A stretch of 64,000 nt of DNA, from IMG/VR virus record IMGVR_UViG_3300021178_000001, positions 50,256-114,255 of that record; one strand, given 5' to 3'. The stretch's first letter is position 1; each line of letters starts with the position of its first letter. This DNA is from a virus. The notes beneath the pieces were generated by a model. That model saw nothing but the letters and a program-made list of their open reading frames with translations, was not told the origin of the DNA and ran no database searches. The position numbers and the translations under genes were made by a program. Shown piece after piece: positions 8,204 to 18,240 of this stretch.

Positions 8204-9676
8204 TCAGTCACAGGAAATTCTATTTATCGGACACTCAAAGTTTCGACCATAAATGTCAATTCTTTGTACAGTGTGCTTTTTCATGTATTTGGTTCTTAAA
8301 AAGTCGAAATCGTGAATTTTAGCTATATTTTTACCCTCAAAGAGTCGTACAGCTCTACCTACGGCTTGGACTATGACGATCTCGGACTTGCCACCCTGGC
8401 ACATAATCAAAACATCGGTAGATTTTATATCGATCCCCTCTCCAATTACTGAGGACCCAATGAGAATCCGAAATCGCTTGTCGTTGAAAGCCTTTATAGT
8501 GTTGTTGACGACTTCTTTCTTGTCATCACCCGAGATGTACATGTTGTCGAACCCGTGCATCTTCAAGAACTCATGGAAGATGAGACCAGCTTTGTCTTTA
8601 TTCTTGACTAGAATCAAAATCTGCTCGTTGTCTCCCGACTGGTTGCAGATCTCGAGAACTTTGTTGAGGATGACTTGAGACCCGCAGTAGTTGTTGTCAT
8701 ATTCCTTCGGGTAAGACCTATTAGGTTTTCCTTGCAACTCATGAATGTTGACCTCGATCGGTGTGAGGTACCCTTCCTCGATTGCTCTGTGCGCGGGATA
8801 GCGAAAGAGGACATTCGAGAGAAACCCCCACATGTCTAAAGACTTGGAGTCGTTGCGAAGGAACGTGCCCGTGAACCCGAAGCGATAGTAGATATGGTCT
8901 AACTCATTGAGAAGGTTAGTGTAACTGGCACTTCCGGCGTGGTGAATTTCGTCGACGAACAGTGCCTCGACGTCTTTCAAGACACTCTGGATCTCTCCAC
9001 TCTTTTGCAGCGAAGCGAGAGTTTGAACGGTAGCGATGCGGATCGGAGCCAGTTTCTTTCCAGACCTGACTCTCTTAGAATCTACCGTCTCCACGGCGTG
9101 ACGACCGAACCAACTGACAAAGTCATTTTCAAGCTGAAGTCCTAGTCCCACGGACGGCACGATCACTAGGGAAACCATGCTGAGCTCTTTTATAAGGTAT
9201 CCGGCAACCAGCGATTTTCCGCTGCCTACAGCCGCTTCAAAGACTCCCCGTCCTTCTTTTAACCCCAACTCTATCATCTCTCTTTGGTAGTACCGCATCT
9301 CGTGCGGCTTGTTGTTCCACTTCAAGACGAGCGAGTTAGTCGGTACCTTGCGGTGGTCGATCTCTCGGCACTTAGTGCTCAAAGTTTTGACAACTTCGCG
9401 GACTATGTTGAGGTGTCCGGTCGGAAACACGTCGTCGTGGAACCAGCATACCCACTCGCTCTTCTTGAGAGCACTGATTCTTCCGAGAGTCATGTGGTAC
9501 ATCTTAGTGTTGTTGAACCGCTTCGCTTGGTTGAGTTGGAAGAAGAGTTGTCCAAGTTCAGCGTCGATGTCGTTGCGATAAGTCAAGACCTCTTTTACGA
9601 GTTCTCGCACGTTCGCGGGAACGTCTCCAGTCAACTTACAAAAAGAGTTGCGAATTTCGAGGTTCATCTCCACCAT
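8204..9676 (-). CDS. SF2 DNA helicase (UvsW-like)
   Basis: GSGKS, DEIH, TGT, EGID, QAVGRAVR motifs; start may be ATG 9667. Confidence 0.9.
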   Translation of the reverse strand: MVEMNLEIRNSFCKLTGDVPANVRELVKEVLTYRNDIDAELGQLFFQLNQAKRFNNTKMYHMTLGRISALKKSEWVCWFHDDVFPTGHLNIVREVVKTLSTKCREIDHRKVPTNSLVLKWNNKPHEMRYYQREMIELGLKEGRGVFEAAVGSGKSLVAGYLIKELSMVSLVIVPSVGLGLQLENDFVSWFGRHAVETVDSKRVRSGKKLAPIRIATVQTLASLQKSGEIQSVLKDVEALFVDEIHHAGSASYTNLLNELDHIYYRFGFTGTFLRNDSKSLDMWGFLSNVLFRYPAHRAIEEGYLTPIEVNIHELQGKPNRSYPKEYDNNYCGSQVILNKVLEICNQSGDNEQILILVKNKDKAGLIFHEFLKMHGFDNMYISGDDKKEVVNNTIKAFNDKRFRILIGSSVIGEGIDIKSTDVLIMCQGGKSEIVIVQAVGRAVRLFEGKNIAKIHDFDFLRTKYMKKHTVQRIDIYGRNFECPINRISCD

Positions 9677-9808
9677 TCTACTGTGCTTTTGGTGAAGTCA
9701 AAGTTTATTTTCAAAAAAGTCAAATTTTGGTGTATTTTTCTCTCTTCAAAAGATATAATAAACTATGTATAACATGCTAATGAGTAACTAAGCAGCGATT
9801 TAGCAAAC

Positions 9809-9835
9809 ATGAATTACTTGTATCTAGTAATTCAT
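9809..9835. repeat. Perfect inverted repeat in divergent intergenic region
   Basis: ATGAATTACT-7 nt-AGTAATTCAT. Confidence 0.7.
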
Positions 9836-10000
9836 TATTCCTTTTTATCTAAAGAAATAAGAGTTAAACTGATTTTAAAGTGAAATCAGAACCGCTTCCT
9901 TTTGTCTCGTGTGGTAAGTTGAGTCGAAGTAATTCCGCGCGGCGCAGTATACGACTTGACTAACAGTGGGTTAAGATTGGTGTAACACGGAGACTCTTCA

Positions 10001-11623
10001 ATGCAAAAACAGATCATAAACGCCAAAGACTTCCTTCAGTCCAAGATGGACGGCATGGCTGAACTAGCCGACATCGTGAAGAAGACCTTGGGTCCCGGAG
10101 GTCTTCCCATAATTTTAGAACGAGTCGGGCAAGCGCTCGACGGTTCACCCTTGGGTCCAAAGATCACCAAGGACGGCGTCTCGGTAGCCGAGGAGTGCGC
10201 TTCTGAAGACAAGGCCAAAGACGTCGTGATTCAAGCCGTAAAGGCTATTTGCAGAAAAACTAACTCCGACGCCGGAGACGGCACGACTACGGCCATAGTT
10301 TTGGGCCAAGCCATTCTTCAAGAAACTCAAAAGATCTTGCAAGACGATCCTTCACTCAACCCACAACTAGTCAAGGAAGACATAGAACTGGTGGCTGCGA
10401 GAGTCATAGAGAAACTAAAGAGTTTAGCCGTTAAAGTGTCCGACATGAAGGCCATCGAGGAAGTTGCGACTATCTCAGCCAACGGCGACCGATCGATAGG
10501 TCAAGTCATTCGCATGGCCTTCGAGCACGTCGGAGCCGAGGGTGTCGTCACCGTGGACGAGGGTTCTGGATCAGAAGTTACTCTAGACGTAGTCGAGGGA
10601 TACCGCTTCAACCGTGGAGCTCAGTCTAGATCCGACTTCTTCAACAACAAGGACCGAACTCACTTCGAAGCTGAGAAAGCCGCGATCGTCTTTTTTGACG
10701 GCAAACTACTCAACTTCACCGACATTATCCCGACCATTCAGTTGTTGGCCGGAGTCGACAAGGAAACTGGACAAGCTTCCAAGAAGTTGCCGCCAGTCAT
10801 ATTTGTGGCCAACGAGTTCAGTCGCGACGTGATTCAGTTCATGCTGATCCAGAAGATGGAGCGCGGAATGCAGCTGTGCGCCATCGAGGGTCCTCACATG
10901 AGTCACGTGAGAACTGGATACTACGACGACATGGCGGCTTACACCGGTGGAAGTCGGTTGGGTAACGGAGCTAGGTCACTCTCGGCCATCATAGAAGAGG
11001 ACATCGGGTACATAGACAAGATCGTTTCGGACCAGTACAAAACGACTATGTACGAGGGCAACGGTTCGGAAGAGTCAGTCTTAGAGCGAGTAGATCAGTT
11101 GAAAGCTTTGAAGGCGAAAGCCGAGAGTCCGTACGACGCTCAAGTCGTGAACGACCGCATCGCCGCGCTCACTAACGGAATCGCGAAGATCGGCGTAGGC
11201 GGAGCCACAGAACTAGAGATCAAAGAGAAGTACGACCGCATCGAGGATGCTCTCAACGCCTCGCGAGCCGCGATTCAAGAAGGAGTGGTAGTCGGAGGCG
11301 GAGTAACCCTCCTAAGAATAGCCGTCGAGATGTCTCCCGATTCCGTCGGAGCTAAGATCATGCAAAAAGCTCTGCAGTCGCCGTTTCGTCAGATCTTGGA
11401 CAACATCGGTCTCAAAGAAGATGCAGTCAACGACATCGCGCTGTTAGTTTTAGAAGAAGAAGGAACCATCTACGACGCGCGGGATAAAAGAATTAAGAAC
11501 GCCTCGGAAGCTGGTATCATAGACCCAGTTAAGGTTACTCGAACGGCGTTGGAGAATGCTGTCAGTATCGCAGGTTTGCTGAGCACCGCGGGTGGTGCGA
11601 TTGTCTACAAAAAAGATAAGTAA
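10001..11623 (+). CDS. groEL: Chaperonin GroEL (phage-encoded)
   Basis: TLGPGG, ITKDGVSVA, AGDGTTTA, IEDALNA, GIIDPVKVTRTALENAVSIAG. Confidence 0.97.
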   Translation: MQKQIINAKDFLQSKMDGMAELADIVKKTLGPGGLPIILERVGQALDGSPLGPKITKDGVSVAEECASEDKAKDVVIQAVKAICRKTNSDAGDGTTTAIVLGQAILQETQKILQDDPSLNPQLVKEDIELVAARVIEKLKSLAVKVSDMKAIEEVATISANGDRSIGQVIRMAFEHVGAEGVVTVDEGSGSEVTLDVVEGYRFNRGAQSRSDFFNNKDRTHFEAEKAAIVFFDGKLLNFTDIIPTIQLLAGVDKETGQASKKLPPVIFVANEFSRDVIQFMLIQKMERGMQLCAIEGPHMSHVRTGYYDDMAAYTGGSRLGNGARSLSAIIEEDIGYIDKIVSDQYKTTMYEGNGSEESVLERVDQLKALKAKAESPYDAQVVNDRIAALTNGIAKIGVGGATELEIKEKYDRIEDALNASRAAIQEGVVVGGGVTLLRIAVEMSPDSVGAKIMQKALQSPFRQILDNIGLKEDAVNDIALLVLEEEGTIYDARDKRIKNASEAGIIDPVKVTRTALENAVSIAGLLSTAGGAIVYKKDK

Positions 11624-11643
11624 CTAGGATGGTTTTCGGCAGG

Positions 11644-11711
11644 TCCCTTAGGTCAGCAGTTCTAAGCACTTCTCCCCCCCTCCAAAGTGCAACTGGTCTA
11701 AGGGATTTTTT
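11644..11711 (+). terminator. Long branched hairpin plus U-tract after groEL
   Basis: TCCCTTAGGTCAG...CTGGTCTAAGGGA stem with inner GCACTT/AAGTGC stem, followed by T6. Confidence 0.6.
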
Positions 11712-11783
11712 ATTTCTAAAGTCCAATGATTCACCCAACTTTTTGATAAAATTTAGTATCTCGGTACATTACAGAGGACCTCA

Positions 11784-13559
11784 ATGTTCAAGCCAGTTGG
11801 ATTTTCTGAAGTAATTTTTAAAGACAGATACGGTTTTACTAGTGAAGAAAGTTGGACCCAAGCTTGTCGCAGAGTTGCCAAACAAGCGGCCATAGCTGAG
11901 AAACCTCTAAAAGTAGAAGTCTACGAAGATAAATTCTACGACGACTTAGTCAACAACTATTTCGTACCAGGCGGTCGCATTTGGTACAACTCTGGTCGTC
12001 CTAATCCTCAATTGCTAAATTGTTTCGTGTTGAACGAAGACCTCGACTCCAAGGAAGGCTGGGGTCGTCTGTTGTACGAGAACGTCGTGACCGGAATGAC
12101 TGGTGGTGGGTGCGGACAAGACTTCAGCGAGATCCGTCCCAACGGCGCCGAGATCAATGGTCACCGTGGAGTCTGTCCTGGACCTTTAGGTCTGATGCGC
12201 GGAGTGAATGCCGGTTCCCACATGGTGCGAGCTGGAGGCGGTCGTCGCGCCGCCAACATGTTTTCTGTAGATTCTACGCATCCGGACGTTTTAGAAATCA
12301 TCGACGCCAAGCTCGTCAAGGGCGAGCTCGACATGGCTAACGTTTCCATACGATTCAAGAACGTCACCGGCTTCGTTAAAGCAGTCATAGAAGACGGATC
12401 GTGGGAACTTAGTTGGAAGGGTAAGTACAAGCGAGTTATTAAAGCTAGAGATCTATGGGACAAGATAGTGAGCAACGCCTGGAACAACGCCGAACCAGGC
12501 ATCCTCAACATGGAACTAGCACTGTCTGAGAGCACTATTTACTACATAGAAGAGCTAATCACCACCAACCCATGTGGTGAGATCTTCTTGACTAAGTACG
12601 GAAACTGCTGTCTCGGACACTTAGTGCTAACACGTTTCATCAATAATGGAAAAGTTAACTGGCAGTTATTAGGCGAAGTGATTCGCAACAGCGTTCGTTT
12701 CTTAGACAATATTCTGGACGTTAACTCATACCCGTTGCCTGAAATGAAAGCAGCTTCGCAGAAACTTCGAAGAATTGGTCTAGGCACTACTGGACTCGCC
12801 GACATGCTAGCTATGCTTGGTATCAAGTACGGTTCGAAAGAAGGCAACGAGTTTAAGGACAAACTCTTCCGATTCATATCTAAAGCGTCCTACGAAGCCT
12901 CGGTGATGCTCGCCGTAGAAAAAGGAGCTTTCCCGGCTTGTAAGCCAGAGATGCATGTCAACTCCGGTTACGTAAAGCGCATGACCGATAAGATCCGTTC
13001 TCTCATCCGCGAACACGGTATCAGAAATTGTGCCTTGCTCACTCAGGCGCCGACGGGTACCGTATCGATCTTGTCGGGCAACTGCTCGTCCGGCATCGAA
13101 CCCATGTTCGCGTTCGCTTACTGGAGAACTTACTGGGACGGAGAAGTACGCAAGTCTGAGCTGTGTTTTCACCCGTTGTTCGTAGAGTTCATGAATCAAG
13201 GCAAGTCGGTGGAACACTTCGTGGCTTCCCACGAGCTCTCAGTGCGAGACCACATGGAAGTTCAGAAAGTTATTCAGTACCACATCGACAACGCGTGCAG
13301 CAAGACTATAAACATGCCGGAGTGCTACCCAATAGAAGACATGGCCAAGCTATGGCTCGAGTACTTGCCGTTCCTCAAAGGCACGACTTTTTATCGAGAA
13401 AACTCTAGAAAGTTCATCAACGCCAAGGGTGAAGAGGAAGCGCCACCGTTGACGCCGATTCCACTCGAAGAAGCGGTCCGACTGTACAAAGAGAAGTTAA
13501 CCGCAAAAACTGAAGTGGCTGAAACTAATGATTGTCCAAATGGAAGTTGTAGTATATAA
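11784..13559 (+). CDS. nrdJ: Class II (B12-dependent) ribonucleotide reductase
   Basis: PGGRI, NCFV, TNPCGE, RRIGLG, APTGTVS, SSGIEP, C-terminal CPNGSC; no nrdB in window. Confidence 0.88.
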   Translation: MFKPVGFSEVIFKDRYGFTSEESWTQACRRVAKQAAIAEKPLKVEVYEDKFYDDLVNNYFVPGGRIWYNSGRPNPQLLNCFVLNEDLDSKEGWGRLLYENVVTGMTGGGCGQDFSEIRPNGAEINGHRGVCPGPLGLMRGVNAGSHMVRAGGGRRAANMFSVDSTHPDVLEIIDAKLVKGELDMANVSIRFKNVTGFVKAVIEDGSWELSWKGKYKRVIKARDLWDKIVSNAWNNAEPGILNMELALSESTIYYIEELITTNPCGEIFLTKYGNCCLGHLVLTRFINNGKVNWQLLGEVIRNSVRFLDNILDVNSYPLPEMKAASQKLRRIGLGTTGLADMLAMLGIKYGSKEGNEFKDKLFRFISKASYEASVMLAVEKGAFPACKPEMHVNSGYVKRMTDKIRSLIREHGIRNCALLTQAPTGTVSILSGNCSSGIEPMFAFAYWRTYWDGEVRKSELCFHPLFVEFMNQGKSVEHFVASHELSVRDHMEVQKVIQYHIDNACSKTINMPECYPIEDMAKLWLEYLPFLKGTTFYRENSRKFINAKGEEEAPPLTPIPLEEAVRLYKEKLTAKTEVAETNDCPNGSCSI

Positions 13560-13566
13560 TTAATCT

Positions 13567-14796
13567 ATGCATGATTCTAGAACTAAAGGATTTAAATCTC
13601 AAGAATTAATTTCTAAGGAAGAGTTAGAACTTTATGATGGCTCAACTAATAAAGAAATATCGGTGAAAACGGGAAGATCTATTTATATAGTTAAGAGATC
13701 TCTAATCCATCATGGACTTTACGTAGGAAAAGTTTATTTTACAAAGTGTCTAAGTTGTCAAAAAGAATTCGGAGACTTTGTTAAAGGAGCAAAATTTTGT
13801 TGTAATACTTGCAAACATTCAGGCCAATCTATATGGAATAGGGGACTAACAAAGACCGATTCTGAGATACTTCGCGCAAGTAGCGTTCGCATGAGAGGCA
13901 ATAAACTAGGGCATTTAATCGACTATTCCAAAAAAGCTGTAAAGAAACTTTTCTTACCTACTTTAGGAGTTGAAATAGACCATGATACAAGATCCAACCT
14001 AGAAAAAGAATGGTTACTTTTAGTAGATAAAGAACCTGGAATTAAAAAAATAGAAAGATGCGCTTTTTCAGTTCCTTTTCTTGATGATCAAAGAAAAGAA
14101 AAAAATTATTATCCAGATTTTATAGTTTATTGGGAAACTGGGGTGAAGTGGTTGGTAGAGGTGAAAGGATTAGCTACAGATTTAGATTATAGAAAATTCG
14201 AACAAACGAATTATTGGGCTAAAGATAATGGATATGACTATAGAATAATAACTACTGGAATGGTGAAACAAAATAGTTGGAGTCGAGTGTACTCACATTA
14301 TAAAAATATTAAAATAGAAAGCCATGAGTGGATGGGAATGAACCACGCGTGTGCATGGTCTAGATCATCAGCATCAAATAGATTGCAAGTCGGGTGTGTC
14401 ATATTTTCAATGGATTTTGAAGAAATATTTTCTTACGGATACAATGGAGATGAGAGAGGAGGATGCAATATTCCTACAAGTAGTGCACCCGGATGTGACA
14501 AATTTTTACACGCAGAAGAAAACGCACTTTTAAAGTTAAAAACTAGAGATGCTTGTAAGATGTTTATCACGGACTCTCCATGCGAAATGTGTGCAAAAAG
14601 AATAATAAATTCAGGAAATATAAAAGAAGTTTACTATCTAAGACCATACAGAGACATGACTGGAGTAGGACTTTTAGCGAGAGCGGGAATAAAAGTTTAC
14701 AATTTCGTACTTGTAGATCATTTGGGAAAACCTTTTTCGGCAGACCATGCATACGAGCATCTAAGACCAGCTAGTCATGATAAGTTTCCGTCTTAG
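13567..14796 (+). CDS. Fusion of TnsA-like PD-(D/E)XK endonuclease and dCMP deaminase
   Basis: YYPDFIV...LVEVKG, then VGCVI..GYNG, HAEENA, SPCEMC. Confidence 0.82.
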   Translation: MHDSRTKGFKSQELISKEELELYDGSTNKEISVKTGRSIYIVKRSLIHHGLYVGKVYFTKCLSCQKEFGDFVKGAKFCCNTCKHSGQSIWNRGLTKTDSEILRASSVRMRGNKLGHLIDYSKKAVKKLFLPTLGVEIDHDTRSNLEKEWLLLVDKEPGIKKIERCAFSVPFLDDQRKEKNYYPDFIVYWETGVKWLVEVKGLATDLDYRKFEQTNYWAKDNGYDYRIITTGMVKQNSWSRVYSHYKNIKIESHEWMGMNHACAWSRSSASNRLQVGCVIFSMDFEEIFSYGYNGDERGGCNIPTSSAPGCDKFLHAEENALLKLKTRDACKMFITDSPCEMCAKRIINSGNIKEVYYLRPYRDMTGVGLLARAGIKVYNFVLVDHLGKPFSADHAYEHLRPASHDKFPS

Positions 14797-14863
14797 TATA
14801 CGAAATTTGACAAATACACTAAGATAGAGATTGAACCCACGAAGTAACAGAAGAGGTTTCAAG

Positions 14864-15430
14864 ATGAAAGAACGGTTTGTAGGCGGTGAAGTAGTAACAG
14901 TTAGGTTCGACGACGCAGTGTCTTCCAACGCTTACTTAGTTGACTCAGACGACGGCGAAGGGACTGTACTGTTAAAGCATCCACTGTTCCCGTCTTGTCT
15001 CTTGCGTTTTCCTAAGAGTGATCTCGATCAAGTGGCTCCCAACGTCAAGGACTCTACAGAACGCTCGCTAGACTTCGCCAACGCCAACGCTAAGTACTTG
15101 GACTATAACACTTTAGCCGACCACGAGGCTTTGTGTCTTTATTTCGTAGTGCGTCGAAAGTTGACTCCTAGACAAAAAAATCTACTCTCTAACATTTGCG
15201 GACAAATTGCTGGCATTAAACTAAACGACGATATAAAATACGCCATGAGTTTAGTCGCGGCGCACGAGGCCATACTAGACGAGTTCAACCTCATGTGGTA
15301 CCGCAACTTCAGCGGATTATTTTCTGGTCGTCAAAACATCACTAGTAAAAAACAGCGTTCCGCTATCTTTAACATCGCGGGATTCGTCTTAGCCGAACTT
15401 GAGAGACCTTCGGTACCCAAAAAGGTATAA
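14864..15430 (+). CDS. Hypothetical protein
   Basis: GAGG RBS before ATG 14864. Confidence 0.65.
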   Translation: MKERFVGGEVVTVRFDDAVSSNAYLVDSDDGEGTVLLKHPLFPSCLLRFPKSDLDQVAPNVKDSTERSLDFANANAKYLDYNTLADHEALCLYFVVRRKLTPRQKNLLSNICGQIAGIKLNDDIKYAMSLVAAHEAILDEFNLMWYRNFSGLFSGRQNITSKKQRSAIFNIAGFVLAELERPSVPKKV

Positions 15431-15463
15431 TCAGTAACTACACCTCATTTCTAGGAGAGACAA

Positions 15464-17278
15464 ATGTCCAAAAGTGACTACTCTAAACCGCAAATCGACT
15501 TCGTGATGAACTTGAAAAAACGCGGTGCTACTTACGGCGACATCGCCGTTGAATTTGCTAAGAAATTCGGTGTAAAGAAGTCTCCAAGTGCCCTGCAAAT
15601 GTTATTTTTGCGCTGCAAGAACGACTACGACCTCAAGGGTCTCAAGACCGTCGTAGAGATCAAAGCTAAGGTGATGGAAGACCGGATCTTAGACGCGTTC
15701 GTGACTCTTGTAATCCAGCGCAAGTACGTGCCGAATCAAGTAGAGTTCTCGTCTGCCACTGGTTACGCTCTAGATCAAGTAAAGAGGTACTATCAGACTT
15801 TTGAAGGTCTAGAGACAAAAGCTAGAGAAAAATTCCCTAAAGTTTTCAAGAACATAATCGACGAGTCTAAGTTTACAGACAAAGAGTTCAATGCGCTTCG
15901 AGAAGACATCGGGAACCACCAACGTTTCGTGATTACTACGGCTGTAACGGGCGCTGACCCGCACGAGGACGGTTTGGCCGCGATCGAGAGCTACTGCAAG
16001 CGCAACAAAGCCAAGTTATTGATCCTGCCTTGCTCTGATCCAGCGCACATGAAGGAGCACAAGTATGACTTTTCTTTGAGCCACAAGTTGCCCATCGCGG
16101 CCGTCGTGTTTCGTAACTTATCTTTGAACTCGAACATCTCTTTGTCCACCATCAAGCTCAGCGCCAAGCAGATCAACCCACTGACCGGTCTAAAACGCCT
16201 CACCGACCACGGGTCGTGCATCTTGGCGTCACCCAAGCAAATGCTCGAACATGTGGCTAATTCCAACAAGAAGGACATTCCGCGCGCTCTGATGACCACG
16301 GGAGCGATCACTAAGTCTGACTATCGTACGGAACGCTACATGTCCGAGCGTACGGCTTACCTAGCCGACGAAGACCACAAACTGGGTGCCCTGATCGTAG
16401 AGATCAAGGACTCCAAGAAGTTCTTCGTTCGCAGGATCGAAATAGACGCCAAAACTGGAGCTTTCTGCGACCTCAACAAGAAGTACCACGCCGATGGTCA
16501 AGTCGAGAAGATCAACGCGGAATTGGTTCAACAACCCGACTGGCACGTTTTGTCCACTGATCCTATTTTTCGCAAAGCGTCGAAGCAGATCGTTTCTTTA
16601 GTAAAACCTGACTTTATGACCTTCGAGGACTTTTTTGACGGAATCACCATCAATCCCCACGAGCGTCACGACATCATTCAACGGGCTACTAAAGCTCTGA
16701 AGGGTGAGTTCTCGCTCTCCAGCGAGCTCAAGGCTTGTGCCAAGGAGATCAACGATCTATTGACTTGGGACGCGTCGCAACTAGTGTTCAAGTACGGCAA
16801 CCACGAAGACTTCTTGAAGAGGTGGATAGCCGCCGTAGAGTACGCGGACGACCCAGTTAACCACTACGAGGGAGTGTGTTTGGCCAAGGCGTCTCTCGAG
16901 GGACACATGCCGTTTGAGTTCGCCATGCGCGAGAGATACGCTGTCAAAGATCAGGACAGGATTCGTTTTTTGAACGTCAAGGACTCATTTAAGGTCAACG
17001 GCATCGAGAACGGAGTACACGGGCACATCGGCGCCGGCGGAAAGCGCAATCCTGGAATGGTGGGACTCGAGTCCTATGGTCCCTGCAATACTGGTCACAC
17101 CCACTCGGCGGCTATCTTGCGCGAAGTGGTGAGAGTTGGAACTGCGACCTACCTTCAGTTGTCTTACAACGACGGTGCTTCTTCTTGGACACAGACGCTG
17201 AACATTCAGCACTACGACGGTGCCAGACAATTGATCACTGTCATAGACGGCGAGTTTTGCTTGCCAGACATCCTGTAA
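15464..17278 (+). CDS. T5 A1-like metallophosphoesterase/nuclease with N-terminal HTH
   Basis: NPLTGL, MTTGAIT, H.LGALIVE, then DWH, DFFDG, GNHE, HGH, GHTH metallophosphoesterase motifs. Confidence 0.72.
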   Translation: MSKSDYSKPQIDFVMNLKKRGATYGDIAVEFAKKFGVKKSPSALQMLFLRCKNDYDLKGLKTVVEIKAKVMEDRILDAFVTLVIQRKYVPNQVEFSSATGYALDQVKRYYQTFEGLETKAREKFPKVFKNIIDESKFTDKEFNALREDIGNHQRFVITTAVTGADPHEDGLAAIESYCKRNKAKLLILPCSDPAHMKEHKYDFSLSHKLPIAAVVFRNLSLNSNISLSTIKLSAKQINPLTGLKRLTDHGSCILASPKQMLEHVANSNKKDIPRALMTTGAITKSDYRTERYMSERTAYLADEDHKLGALIVEIKDSKKFFVRRIEIDAKTGAFCDLNKKYHADGQVEKINAELVQQPDWHVLSTDPIFRKASKQIVSLVKPDFMTFEDFFDGITINPHERHDIIQRATKALKGEFSLSSELKACAKEINDLLTWDASQLVFKYGNHEDFLKRWIAAVEYADDPVNHYEGVCLAKASLEGHMPFEFAMRERYAVKDQDRIRFLNVKDSFKVNGIENGVHGHIGAGGKRNPGMVGLESYGPCNTGHTHSAAILREVVRVGTATYLQLSYNDGASSWTQTLNIQHYDGARQLITVIDGEFCLPDIL

Positions 17279-17285
17279 TTAGGGC

Positions 17286-17314
17286 TTTACGGCATATTTT
17301 CTCTGTGGTACGAT
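17286..17314 (+). promoter_or_regulatory. Sigma70-like promoter
   Basis: TTTACG-17 nt-TACGAT with extended TG. Confidence 0.6.
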
Positions 17315-17349
17315 TAATTAAGATTTAAGTACCAAATTTAGGAGAACAC

Positions 17350-17898
17350 ATGCAAGTACAATTCGAACTAGTAGTCGGCGAAAATAAGTTTACTCTCACT
17401 GAGAACGTAGAAAATCACAGTGAGTTCTTTCAAAAACTTCACTTTTATTCCACACTTCCCAAAGTTGGACCAAACGGTGAGACTGATCTAGTTTTGACCT
17501 TTCGCGTAGCTCAAGGGCAGTACGAATACTACTCAATCGTTTCCAAAAAAGCGGGATTAGAGTACAAATTCGGTCAGTCTAAGAAGAATGACGGCTCACT
17601 CTTCGGGAAAGGTTGGGAACCTGTTTACAACGCTAACGGCAACAATGAAGAAGGCTCTGACGACCAAGGCATTGCACCTGGTCAGAGCGTAGGACTCGGA
17701 GCTCCAGCTTCTGCACCTCCTCAGCAAACTACCGGTATAGCAGCTGCACCGAAAGTGAATGCGGCATCAAAACCCGTTACTGGACTCGGTGCTACTGCAG
17801 CAAAGCCGACCCCAGCTACGGCATCTACAGCTAGTGGTCCTATTCCAATACAAGTGCAGAATCAAGCAAAGAATGTACTGTCAAAATTTGGCATTTAA
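17350..17898 (+). CDS. Hypothetical protein with Pro/Ala-rich tail (possible SSB)
   Basis: AGGAG RBS; upstream of primase-helicase. Confidence 0.5.
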   Translation: MQVQFELVVGENKFTLTENVENHSEFFQKLHFYSTLPKVGPNGETDLVLTFRVAQGQYEYYSIVSKKAGLEYKFGQSKKNDGSLFGKGWEPVYNANGNNEEGSDDQGIAPGQSVGLGAPASAPPQQTTGIAAAPKVNAASKPVTGLGATAAKPTPATASTASGPIPIQVQNQAKNVLSKFGI

Positions 17899-17907
17899 GG
17901 AGTAATT

Positions 17908-18219
17908 ATGTCTAAAGAGAATAAACCAAATCGTAGATTTATAGCTAAAGTTAGACAACAACAAGGTGCCTACGGAGCTTTTCTAAAAATCTGCATCGAT
18001 AATCCGTCTCCGACAAAAATTGACAAGAGTACCAACATTGAAGTCGCAGATCCCTACAACAAGGGCGTTCTACTCTGGTGCGACAACGAAACTGGCAAGA
18101 AGTATTTGGTAAAGCAACTGTCCGTTAAGGGAGTCACTGAAGAAGCTCAGCAAAAGGGATTCACTAACTCAGTGTCGATTGATCTCGACAACGAGTACGA
18201 AGTTCAAGAACTGGGATAG
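17908..18219 (+). CDS. Hypothetical protein
   Basis: AAGGAG RBS. Confidence 0.65.
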   Translation: MSKENKPNRRFIAKVRQQQGAYGAFLKICIDNPSPTKIDKSTNIEVADPYNKGVLLWCDNETGKKYLVKQLSVKGVTEEAQQKGFTNSVSIDLDNEYEVQELG

Positions 18220-18240
18220 AATCGTCAGACGGAGAAACAG

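Noticed and set aside
11624-11783. Cobalamin riboswitch upstream of B12-dependent nrdJ
   Set aside because: Region is short and no B12-box consensus was recognised; reported only as a hairpin/terminator
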